Assembly (NCBI GenBank): GCA_002104945.1
Contig: MCFH01000150.1
Coordinates: 1 to 23,767, forward strand
Direction of reading: 5' to 3'
Length of the DNA: 23,767 nt
Source of the DNA: Piromyces finnis finn
Taxonomy: Eukaryota; Fungi; Neocallimastigomycota
Both the position numbers and the translations under genes were made by a program. Below the pieces are notes generated by a model. The model did no database searches. It was given only the letters and a program-made list of their open reading frames with translations, and was not told the DNA's origin. This document shows positions 1 to 11,431 of the stretch, piece by piece. Every line of letters starts with the position of its first letter. Positions within the stretch are counted from its first letter, which is position 1.

Positions 1-1460
1 CGTAACTCAACAACGAATGGCGAATTTTGAATAAACGTATTTTTGATGAAACTACGTTTATTAGAAAGCCACACTCAAGATAAACAAACATATCTTAAAA
101 TCAGGTCGATATCTCTGCTGGTTCACGAGATATTCCAATTTAAAGATATTTTGTTAGTAATGATTAATTGTTTATTCAGAGAATGACACCCCTGATTTAT
201 TGAACATAATCATTCACCCAAAAGGATATAAATTATTGTTTTAATTAAATTAAAATTATTTTCCGGAATTAATTAACTTTATTTTATAATTATTATTTCA
301 ATAACATAACTTATATTCTTTGAATTAGAAGATTATAATTATTAATATTATTTGAAATGAATTATATTATAATTAAGAAATAATTAATATTATGAATATA
401 TAAACAATAGTTATTTTTAATAATTAGTAATAAGTCTTAAGTTTAGCCTTACTATTATAAAATATATTATGAATATAATCATGTATTAAAAAGTTATTTT
501 ATTATTAAATGTAAAATTACAATTAGTATAAATAGTTTAGAATAGTTTATGAAATTAAAATCTTTGTAAAGATTATTATCTTGTTAATACTTAATTAAGT
601 ATTACTATTAAATAATCTTATTATATATTTTAGCAACATATTATTTGAATAAAATAAAAGAAATTAACCATAGTATATAATTTAATTATTCATTTGTAAA
701 TCAATTAAGATTATTTTAATAAAACATTTTTTTTCTAACCTAGTTATCTTTTAATCTTTTATTTAATTTAATATTTTAATATTAAATTATAAGTCTAATA
801 AAACTTTTAAATTTTATTTTAATTTATATTTAAAGTGTTTTTTTTTTATTTATTTATTTATATCAAATATTTAGAATTATTAAAAAAAAGCTATTAATCT
901 AAAATAATAAATATGTGAATGAATATAAAATTAATGTGTTAATTTCACTTTATTCATTCATTCAAATTTATTTTTTAACTAGGTTTTTAAAATAAAATAT
1001 CTTTAAAAAAGAATTAAATTTTTTAATCAACTTATTAATTATTTACTAATAAAAAATACATCATAAAATCTCTTTTTTATCAAAAAATACCATTAATTAA
1101 TTACGAACAACATGTTTAGATTTTAAAAAATGTAATTAATAATTGTTTATTGATTATATTATTTTGTGGTGCAATTGTATAAGATGAAAATGTTTAAAAT
1201 TTAAAAGGGTTAGTTTTCACTATTAAAAAAATATTTTTTATAAAATACTTCATCATCTTTTTGATAGAAAATAGAGATTTTGCTGTGTGAATAATTTTTT
1301 TAGACTAGGAAGAGAATACACATATTTATTTATTTATATTTGTGATATTACATAATATTAAGTGATAATACATATCTGTATAATAAGTAATAATAATGAA
1401 TAAAAATAATAAAATTTATATAAATAAAATATAAATATAAAAATAATATAAAATAATTAT

Positions 1461-4066
1461 TTAAATTGTATAAAGTTCAATGAACTCTGCAATTTGTACT
1501 GTGTGGGATTGTTTCCTACCTAATAAATTAAATGAAATAAAAAAAGAAGCAACATCAGGTATGATAGTGGTGTCCACTAAACTCTCCCATGAGTTCATAA
1601 TGTTTTCATTCAAATTTGAAGAAATACTAACATTGAACCCTGTGTACGGAACATTGGAAATGTTCCTTTGCCATATCGGTACGACGTCGGCGTTCTTGAT
1701 TATGTTAGGTGTCTTACTAAACCTATCAAAAAGTAGCTTCATAGAGCTACTAATGATAGAGATTGTTTTAGTAAGAAAAGCCGTGAGACCCTCTACATAT
1801 ATTTGATGCAGTTAAAAAAATCCCTCTACATATTGAACATGAAACCCCGATGAATTGTAAAGCTGTTCATTCAAATGTCTTTGTTCCGCCTTATCCGATT
1901 TGTAGCTCATCATAAGCTAAAGTTCCACCAAGAAGGAACGTAAAAATATAGTTATAAATTGTTTTTCTTACTTCCGTTTCGGGGAGTAAGTATGTGATGA
2001 ATTGATTCTTATATTTATTATAAAAAAGGGTAAAAAGATCGTCAAGAAAGCTAAGTGAAGAAGTTCTGTATTCAGAGAATGCGGAACATTCTAATATCCA
2101 ATGGTAAAAAGATTGTTCGTCATATCCACAACATGGACAACGCAAGGGCAGTCAGGAGTAAACTCTATTACTGGCAATAGCAATTCGGGTAGTATTTTCA
2201 TAACCGCATCGAATACGAATAATCCAGGTAATTCCTAAATTTAAGTGAGGTATGTTGAGACCGATATGCATTAGGCGATCTGAATTAAGGAATTTGTTGT
2301 TAGTATATCTGAGGGCTTTACTTCCATTATTTAGGCTACTATTATTCCATAATGTTCTCTAATATCTTTAGTACTTTTAATATATATTTTCATAAGCTTC
2401 TTATGTAGGGACAAGATTCTTTGGCCCAAGAGTAATGAGATATGGGAGGATAGATCGGACGAGATCTTTAATAATACAATTTGATTTTCTCCATTTAACA
2501 AAGCATTTCACTTGTTGCACAGTAGAATACCTGAAAGGGTAGGAATCTTCATATCTCTTGTAAGAGCATACAGACTAATAAATGAATTTCGTTCATAAAC
2601 AAAATCTTTGTTATTAAAACTTTTATTGTGAAAGCTATTGACACTCCATAAAACAGCAGTATTGATAAGAGATTGGACTTTCTAGTACTATTTTTGTTGG
2701 AACCAAGCAAAGGAGCATAATAAGGACTTTTGCTTAAAATATAAGAATGAATTACTATATTTTTTAAGCCAATAGGAACACAATTGTTAGTGAGGAAGCC
2801 TTTTAAAAAATAATAAGATTTCTGAACCTTTTATACATGTTAGATAGATAGAATATAAGTCAGAGAACGATCTTCGTTTGAATGGGATTCCAAGATAAGT
2901 ATAGCAAAATTCTTTGGAATTGAGTACATACAGATGTAAAATGTTGGGTCGACATAACTAGGGGATCTATTAAAGTTGATTGGTTAACAAACATTAGTTT
3001 GCACATTTATTTATTTCAAAAAACATTTCGTTTAAATTAGCATCTTTTGAAATTTCATATTGCTAGAAGCATCAGAACAATATCGTCAGCGAAAAGGCTA
3101 CCACATCACCACAGTAACTTTTATTTTCTAAGCTAACTCCAAGCCTTTCACATTTAATTTAAAACATCATTGATGAAGAGGTTAAATAGTATAGGAGAAA
3201 GAGGAGTCCTTATCTTACATCACGGTTGATATGGAATTTATAGAAAGCATATCCAAGAAACGTGCACGGGCTTTCGAGGTAAAATAGAGATTATTGAGAA
3301 AACCAAAACACTTAATACGTATACCTAATTATATAACTTTTTAAGGATATTAAAGACAGGAAACTGAATCTTATGCTTTTTTAAAGTCTAGAAAAGCAAC
3401 ATAAGTGCTTTTCCTTTAAATTTTCTTCTTTGACAGATTTCTCTATGGAAATAAATAAGCAAATACATTCTTTATTGCGAAAACTAAAATGCTCAAGTCT
3501 TATAAAGTTATGAGAAAGAGCATATTTTGAAATTCTATCAATTACAATTTTTGAAATGATCTTAAGACCTACATTGATTAGAGAATACTACGATAATTTA
3601 CAATCTGAAAGATCGCCTTTTTCTGGAATAGAAACGATGGAAGCAGAGTTCCATTTCAAAGGAAAAGAACCATTCCAGATTTTATTAAAAATTATTTTAA
3701 GACATTTCCAGCAGACTTATGTTCTTTTTCCAGTTCTTTGTTACAGAAGAAAGCTTTGCGGAATATCAGAACAATTTGTGTTACAGATATAGCTGACCAC
3801 TTAAAGACTTTTTTAGGTTTTTTGAAACCATCAGAAGAGACTTTTTTACAAGACACAAGGATCGGTTTATGATCAGAAACATCATGAAAAACTTCATAAC
3901 CTGAGGATTTGTTTATATGTTTAGTCCATAGCTTTGTTGTATATAATATGATCAATGCATGAAAACTTAGATCCTTTTTCCCACTTAAAATTATTACCAG
4001 TTAACTCAGCCATAGTCCAACCAGGGATGTGTTGTGATATATAAGATTTGATTTTAATAGCTGACA
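1461..4066 (-). mobile_element. Degenerate APE-type non-LTR retrotransposon (LINE family B), 3' portion: APE C-terminus, RT, CCHC finger (left-arm copy)
   Basis: Contains IDHIIYN and VSDHKP (APE), WNSASIVSIPEKGDLSDCNNYR, FLDFKKA and FADD (RT), and CPCCGYDEQSFYHWILEC (CCHC). It aligns to the LINE-B copy at 22469-23767. Confidence 0.93.
1789..1833 (+). mobile_element. 21-bp insertion (LINE 3' tip plus A7) flanked by a 12-bp direct repeat (TSD)
   Basis: CCCTCTACATAT occurs at 1789-1800 and 1822-1833, flanking ATTTGATGCAGTTAAAAAAAT. Bases 1799-1813 match 21261-21275 (ATATTTGATGCCGTT, followed by A24) at 14/15. The mirror copy is at 8755-8800. Confidence 0.8.
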
Positions 4067-5095
4067 GTTTGGAGAAGATAGTCGCACCTTTCATAGCCTC
4101 GAAGACTTGACTGATAAGTGGTAAGGGAAAGGAGTTACGCACTGTTACCTTGTTGAGACGTCTGTAGTCAGTACATAATCGCCTTTCACTACTCTTTTTG
4201 GGCACGAACAACACAGGATAACCTGCAGGACTCTCTGAATTCCTTATGAGCGCTTTGCCAGGTTTTCCTCTATATATTCCTTCAGTGCTTTTTCCTCTTC
4301 TGGGTTGAAGGGATATATAGGGCCCCTTATGAAGACAAGCGTCCAGTTCCAGGTCGATCATATAGTTGTAGGAACGATGTTCTGGTAGCTGGTTTGCTAT
4401 TTCTTCATTGAATTTTCTCTGAAATCGTGGTAATATCTCTTCCACAATTTCTTCTGGCGTAAGGTTGATTTTTTGTTTAAGTTTTTCTTCTCGTACCAAC
4501 CCTACGTAAATGTGATTTTTCTCTAATTCAACACTCTCTACCAACCCTACTTTTTCTCTAAGTTGGAACTGGATGCTAATCCTCCGGAATTTTCTGTTTC
4601 TAGATTCCCTGAAGCTTTGCGGCTCCCATTACCCATAATTTATGCTTCAATGTTTTCCGTAATTACAGCTGCTAAGGGTCTTCTAGCTTCTACATTAGTA
4701 ACTGTAGTTATGGAGCTTATTTGAGTACAGTAGTAGCTATGAACACAGTTTACACCATAATCATTGGTGGATCCCTTTCCTTTACTATTATCTCTACGAA
4801 ACTATTATAAGTACCTCACTTGAGCGCCTTTATCGTATCCTCTGTAGATAAAGTGCTCATCCATAAAGCTCAAACATATTATGATTATTTCAGGCATATT
4901 ATCGGATAAGTGACAACTTGTATTGAAGAAGTATAGTTTAGCTTCTTGCTCGCCTGTGGGAGTTAACCACAGCTTCAACTGCAAGTCGTCTGAGAACTGT
5001 TTCAATTCAATATTACCATTTACAGTTTCTAAACATTGCTGGTTGTTCTACACTTCAACCTCCAGTTTTTGTAACAACCTTTATCTTAATCTACA
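4065..5095 (-). mobile_element. Ty3/gypsy pol fragment: protease C-terminal part, linker, RT N-terminus (left-arm copy)
   Basis: Encodes LPEHRSYNYMIDL, SESPAGYPVLFVPKK, RRLCTDYRRLNKVT and FPLPLISQVFEAMKGATIFSKL, which are typical gypsy RT N-terminal motifs. The upstream FRTVNG...PEIIIICLSFMDEH resembles the end of a retroviral-type protease. Confidence 0.92.
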
Positions 5096-5101
5096 TGTGT
5101 T

Positions 5102-5103
<2 letters not shown>

Positions 5104-5142
<39 letters not shown>
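5104..5142. repeat. Poly(T)39 tract in the palindrome spacer
   Basis: Uninterrupted T run read directly. It abuts the end of gypsy-like sequence on the left arm. Confidence 0.95.
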
Positions 5143-5144
<2 letters not shown>

Positions 5145-5528
5145 TATAATTCTCATTTCCATAACTAAACATATTATATATAGGAATAATTTAATAGAAA
5201 ATTTTTAAAACCGATAAAAAATAGTAGTTTATTCTTTTTAAAAAATTAATCATCTTTTTATGTAATCTCCTAAGAATATTAAAATAACTATTAATTTTTT
5301 TTTTCGGAATTAACAATTTGATATTAAATTTTTTACATGTGATTTTTATATTTTAAATTAAACAGTAATAATAATTGTTTTAGATATTTTTTATAATTGA
5401 ATATTATTTTATTTTCTAACCATTAATAAAGAAGATAATTTTTAAAAAGAAACTCCTATTTTTATTTTATCGTGTGTTTAATTGTTTTATTGTTAAATAT
5501 ATAATCTGTTTTAAGATTAATATTTTAC

Positions 5529-6519
5529 ACTTGGGTTGAGAGTGGTAGAACAACCAGCAATGTTTAGAACTGTAAATGGTAATATTGAATTGAAACAGTT
5601 CTCAGAGACTGCAGTTGAAGCTGTGGTAACTCCACAGGCGAGCAAGAAGCTAAACTATACTTCTTCAATACAAGTTGTCACTTATCCGATAATATGCCTG
5701 AAATAATCATAATATGTTTGAGCTTTATGGATGAGCACTTTATCTACAGAGGATACGATAAAGGCGCTCAAGTGAGGTACTTCATAATAGTTTCGTAGTA
5801 GATAATAGTAAAGGAAAGGGATCCACCAATGATTATGGTGTAAACTGTGTTCATAGCTACTACTGTACTCAAATAAGCTCCATAACTACAGTTACTTAAT
5901 GTAGAAGCTAGAAGACCCTTAGCAGCTGTAATTACGGAAAACATTGAAGCATAAATTATGGGTAATGGGAGCCGCAAAGCTTCAAGGGAATCTAGAAACA
6001 GAAATTCCGGAGGATTAGCATCCAGTTCCAACTTAGAGAAAAGTAGGGTTGGTAGAGAGTGTTGAATTAGAGAAAATCACATTTACGTAGGGTTGGTACG
6101 AGAAGAAAACTTAAACAAAAATCAACCTACGCCAGAAGAAATTGTGAAGAGATATTACCACGATTTCAGAGAAAATTCATGAAGAAATAGCAAACCAGCT
6201 ACCAGAACATCGTTCCTACAACTATATGATCGACCTGGAACTGGACGCTTGTCTTCATAAGGGGCCTATATATCCCTTCAACCCAGAAGAGGAAAAGCAC
6301 TGAAGAATATATAGAGGAAACCTGGCAAAGCGCTTCATAAGGAATTCAGAGAGTCCTGCAGGTTATCCTGTGTTGTTCGTGCCCAAAAAGAGTAGTGAAA
6401 GGCGATTATGTACTGACTACAGACGTCTCAACAAGGTAACAGTGCGTAACTCCTTTCCCTTACCACTTATCAGTCAAGTCTTCGAGGCTATGAAAGGTGC
6501 GACTATCTTCTCCAAACTG
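5529..6519 (+). mobile_element. Ty3/gypsy pol fragment: protease C-terminal part, linker, RT N-terminus (right-arm copy)
   Basis: Same motifs as the left-arm copy. ORF 6370-6867 begins with LFVPKKSSERRLCTDYRRLNKVTVRNSFPLPLI and switches to LINE sequence after IFSKL. Confidence 0.92.
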
Positions 6520-9130
6520 TCAGCTATTAAAATCAAATCTTATATATCACAACACATCCCTGGTTGGACTATGGCTGAGTTAACTGGTAATAATTTTAAG
6601 TGGGAAAAAGGATCTAAGTTTTCATGCATTGATCATATTATATACAACAAAGCTATGACTAAACATATAAACAAATCCTCAGGTTATGAAGTTTTTCATG
6701 ATGTTTCTGATCATAAACCGATCCTTGTGTCTTGTAAAAAAGTCTCTTCTGATGGTTTCAAAAAACCTAAAAAAGTCTTTAAGTGGTCAGCTATATCTGT
6801 AACACAAATTGTTCTGATATTCCGCAAAGCTTTCTTCTGTAACAAAGAACTGGAAAAAAGAACATAAGTCTGCTGGAAATTGTCTTAAAATAATTTTTAA
6901 TAAAATCTGGAATGGTTCTTTTCCTTTGAAATGGAACTCTGCTTCCATCGTTTCTATTCCAGAAAAAGGCGATCTTTCAGATTGTAATAATTATCGTAGT
7001 ATTTCTCTAATCAATGTAGGTCTTAAGATCATTTCAAAAATTGTAATTGATAGAATTTCAAAATATGCTCTTTCTCATAACTTTATAAGACTTGAGCATT
7101 TTAGTTTTCGCAATAAAGAATGTATTTGCTTATTTATTTCCATTAGAGAAATCTGTCAAAGAAGAAAATTTAAAGGAAAAGGCACTTATGTTGCTTTTCT
7201 AGACTTTAAAAAAGCATAAGATTCAGTTCCTGTCTTTAATATCCTTAAAAAGTTATATAATTAGGTATACGTATTAAGTGTTTTGGTTTTCTCAATAATC
7301 TCTATTTTACCTCGAAAGCCCGTGCACGTTTCTTGGATATGCTTTCTAATAATTCCATATCAACCGTGATGTAAGATAAGGACGTCCTCTTTCTCCTATA
7401 CTATTTAACCTCTTCATCAATGATGTTTTAAATAAATGTGAAAGGCTTGGAGTTTAGCTTAGAAAATAAAAGTTACTGTGGTGATGTGGTAGCCTTTTCG
7501 CTGACGATATTGTTCTGATTGCTTCTAGCAATATGAAATTTCAAAGATGCTTAATTTAAAACGAAATGTTTTTTGAAATAAATAAATGTGCAACTAATGT
7601 TTGTTAAACAATCAACTTTAATAGATCCCTAGTTATGTCGACCCAACATTTTACATCTGTATGTACTCAATTCCAAAGAATTTTGCTATACTTATCTTGG
7701 AATCCCATTCAAACGAAGATCGTTCTCTGACTTATATCTATCTATCTAACATGTATAAAGGTTCAGAAATCTTTATTATTTTTTAAAAGCTTCCTCACTA
7801 ACAATTGTGTTCCTATTGGCTTAAAAAATATAGTAATTCATCTTATATTTTAAGCAAAGTCTCTTATTATGCTCCTTTGCTTGGTTCCAACAAAAATAGT
7901 ACTAGAAGAGTCCAATCTCTTATCAATACTGCTGTTTTATGGAGTGTCAATAGCTTTCACAATAAAAGTTTTAATAACAAAGATTTTGTTTATGAACGAA
8001 ATTCATTTATTAGTCTGTATGCTCTTACAAGAGATATGAAGATTCCTACCCTTTCAGGTTTTCTACTGTGCAACAAGTGAAATGCTTTGTTAAATGGAGG
8101 AAAATCAAATTGTATTATTAAAGATCTCGTCCGATCTATTCCTCCCATATCTCATTACTCTTGGGCAAAGAATCTTGTTCCCTACATAAGAAGCTTATGA
8201 AAATATATATTAAAAGTACTAAAGATATTAGAGAACATTATTGGGAATAATAGTAGCCTAAATAATGGAAGTAAAGCCCTCAGATATACTAACAACAAAT
8301 TCCTTAATTCAGATCGCCTAATGCATATCGGTCTCAACATACTCACTTAAATTAGGAATTACCTGGATTATTCGTATTCGATGCGGTTATGAAAATACTA
8401 CCCGAATTGCTATTGCCAGTAATAGAGTTACTCCTGACTGCCCTTGCGTCTGTCCATGTTGTGGATATGACGAACATCTTTTTACCATTGGATATTAGAA
8501 TGTTCCGCATTCTCTGAATACAGAACTTCTTCACTTAGCTTTCTTGACGATCTTTTTACCCTTTTTTATAATAAATATAAGAATCAATTCATCACATACT
8601 TACTCCCCGAAACGGAAGTAAGAAAACAATTTATAACTATATTTTTACGTTCCTTCTTGGTGGAACTTTAGCTTATGATGAGCTACAAATCGATAAGGCG
8701 GAACAAAGACATTTGAATGAACAGCTTTACAATTCATCGGGGTTTTCATGTTCAATATGTAGAGGGATTTTTTTTAACTGCATCAAATATATGTAGAGGG
8801 TCTCACGGCTTTTCTTACTAAAAAATCTCTATCATTAGTAGCTCTATGAAGCTACTTTTTGATAGGTTTAGTAAGACACCTAACATAATCAAGAACGCCG
8901 ACGTCGTACCGATATGGCAAAGGAAACATTTCCAATGTTCCGTACACAGGGTTCAATGTTAGTATTTCTTCAAATTTGAATGAAAACATTATGAACTCAT
9001 GGGAGAGTTTAGTGGACACCACTATCATACCTGATGTTGCTTCTTTTTTTTATTTCATTTAATTTATTAGGTAGGAAACAATCCCACACAGTACAAATTG
9101 CAGAGTTCATTGAACTTTATACAATTTAAA
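6518..9130 (+). mobile_element. Degenerate LINE family B, 3' portion (right-arm copy), with an internal ~714-bp deletion
   Basis: Sequence from tgtcagctattaaaatc matches 22469 onward. RT ORF 6926-7219, FADD near 7497 and the CCHC near 8450 are present. The reading frame ends at a TAA near 9127. Confidence 0.93.
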
Positions 9131-10869
9131 TAATTATTTATATTATTTTTATATTTATATTTTTATTTATATAAATTTTATTATTTTTATTCATTATTTA
9201 TTACTTATTATACAGATATGTATTATCACTTAATATTATGTAATATCACAAATATAAATAAATAAAATATGTGTATTCTCTTCCTAGTCTAAAAAATTAT
9301 TCACACAGCAAAATCTCTATTTTCTATCAAAAAGATGATGAAGTATTTTATAAAAAATATTTTTTTAATAGTGAAAACTAACCCTTTTAAATTTTAAACA
9401 TTTTCATCTTATTACAATTGCACCACAAAATAATATAATCAATAAACAAATTATTAATTACATTTTTTAAAATCTAAACATGTTGTTCGTAATTAATTAA
9501 TGGTATTTTTTGATAAAAAAGAGATTTTATGATGTATTTTTTATTAGTAAATAATTAATAAGTTGATTAAAAATTTAATTCTTTTTTAAAGATATTTTAT
9601 TTTTAAAACCTAGTTAAAAAATAAATTTGAATGAATGAATAAAGTGAAATTAACACATTAATTTTATATTCATTCACATATTTATTATTTTAGATTAATA
9701 GCTTTTTTTTTAATAATTCTAAATATTTGATATATAAATAAATAAAAAAAAAAACACTTTAAATATAAATTAAAATAAAATTTAAAAGTTTTATTAGACT
9801 TATAATTTAATATTAAAATATTAAATTAAATAAAGATTAAAAGATAACTAGGTTAGAAAAAAAATGTTTTATTAAAATAATCTTAATTGATTTACAAATG
9901 AATAATTAAATTATATACTATGGTTAATTTCTTTTATTTTATTCAAATAATATGTTGCTAAAATATATAATAAGATTATTTAATAGTAATACTTATTAAG
10001 TATTAACAAGATAATAATCTTTACAAAGATTTTAATTTCATAAACTATTCTAAACTATTTATACTAATTGTAATTTTACATTTAATAATAAAATAACTTT
10101 TTAATACATGATTATATTCATAATATATTTTATAATAGTAAGGCTAAACTTAAGACTTATTACTAATTATTAAAAATAACTATTGTTTATATATTCATAA
10201 TATTAATTATTTCTTAATTATAATATAATTCATTTCAAATAATATTAATAATTATAATCTTCTAATTCAAAGAATATAAGTTATGTTATTGAAATAATAA
10301 TTATAAAATAAAGTTAATTAATTCCGGAAAATAATTTTAATTTAATTAAAACAATAATTTATATCCTTTTGGGTGAATGATTTATGTTCAATAAATCAGG
10401 GGTGATCATTCTCTGAATAAACAATTAATCATTACTAACAAAATATCTTTAAATTGGAATATCTCGTGAACCAGCAGAGATATCGACCTGATTTTAAGAT
10501 ATGTTGTTTATCTTGAGTGTGGCTTTCTAATAAACGTAGTTTCATCAAAAATACGTTTATTCAAAATTCGCCATTCGTTGTTGAGTTACGATTGTTTTTC
10601 CTTATTAAATTATGACGATAAGGATTAAAGTTATTTATTATAAAAATTATTAAAGGTTAAGGTCATATCTTAATCTTTTCTAAATTTTTTAAATATTTTT
10701 TAATATAATTTTATAATTTATTTGGAAATAAAATATTGTTGATTTTGAAATTTTATAAGTGATTTCACAATTTCAAGTGATCTTGAAATTGCAGATTTCA
10801 TTAGTATTCGTGACAAGTGTTGTTTTAGTCTTGTATTAGTTTAGTATTTAAAGAGTTCCTGAAAACGAA

Positions 10870-11431
10870 TGTAAGAAATTAGATTTATTTTATATTAAAT
10901 AATCTATATTTCTTATTAAAATTAATTTATTATCGTGTTAAAGTTTATTATAAATTAGTTAATAAGTTATTAATATTTAGCTAATTAAGTTAGTTATTAC
11001 CTCTCTATACAAGTTAATAACTAAATAAAGTTTTATAAAAAATAATAAAAGAACTAAAACAAATATTATAACACTAAAATAAATATAAATAAATATATAA
11101 ATATTATTAGGAAATAAATTTACTTAATAATTATTTGTTAATTATATCTTTTATTTATTAATTATAATTATTATACATTATTTATTATTATAGTTATTAA
11201 TTTACTCTAATACTAACGCTAAAGTATTTAACGTTAGTTTATGCTGTACTATTTAACTATAGTAGTTTATTTTCTTTACCACTTGATTAGGTAAAGCAAA
11301 TAAACTTTCTATTTAATTAATAACCATTAATATATGGTTATGCATATATCTGGCCAATAAATGGTGACCAGAATATATGGTTTTAATTGAAATATTTGTG
11401 GGGAAACTTATGGCTACAAATATTTCTTACA
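10870..11431 (-). mobile_element. 3' LTR of Ty3/gypsy element (562 bp)
   Basis: Bounded by a perfect 10-bp terminal inverted repeat, TGTAAGAAAT (10870-10879) and ATTTCTTACA (11422-11431), giving canonical TG...CA ends. It lies immediately downstream of the integrase and a short purine patch (GGGGACA on the minus strand, 11433-11439). No second LTR is in the window to confirm it. Confidence 0.8.

Larger units (their letters stand above)
1..5060. repeat. Left arm of giant inverted repeat (reverse complement of ~5529-10590); may extend beyond the window's left edge
   Basis: Bases 1-30 (cgtaactcaacaacgaatggcgaattttga) are the exact reverse complement of 10561-10590. Colinearity holds at every spot checked up to ...ttctacacttcaacc (~5060) versus ggttgagagtggtagaa (~5534). 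The differences seen are single-base indels. Confidence 0.97.
5529..10590. repeat. Right arm of giant inverted repeat
   Basis: Reverse complement of 1-5060; see the left-arm entry. Confidence 0.97.

Noticed and set aside
915-965. Imperfect hairpin gaatgaat...attcattc (mirror ~9625-9680)
   Set aside because: Several mismatches and bulges in very AT-rich DNA, so likely chance.
1480-1806. 108-aa plus-strand ORF (also 3556-3792, 18101-18379, 19579-19779, 23377-23613)
   Set aside because: Antisense shadows of LINE coding sequence with no independent motifs.
5104-5142. T39 as the poly(A) tail of a retroposed element on the minus strand
   Set aside because: The adjacent sequence matches neither LINE 3' end and no TSD was found. 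Long A/T runs are expected at this composition.
4923-5168. 81-aa ORF ending in poly-Phe, and ORF 5768-6031
   Set aside because: Antisense to the gypsy fragment. The Phe run is just the T39 tract.
6043-6098. GTAGGGTTGGTA repeated 44-45 bp apart, possible TSD
   Set aside because: Flanking tagagaaaaa is repeated too, so it is better read as an old in-frame tandem duplication in the gypsy linker. The insert has no tail or element end.
10768-10791. 10-bp stem CAATTTCAAG/CTTGAAATTG as terminator or element end
   Set aside because: Eukaryotic context, single occurrence and short enough to arise by chance.
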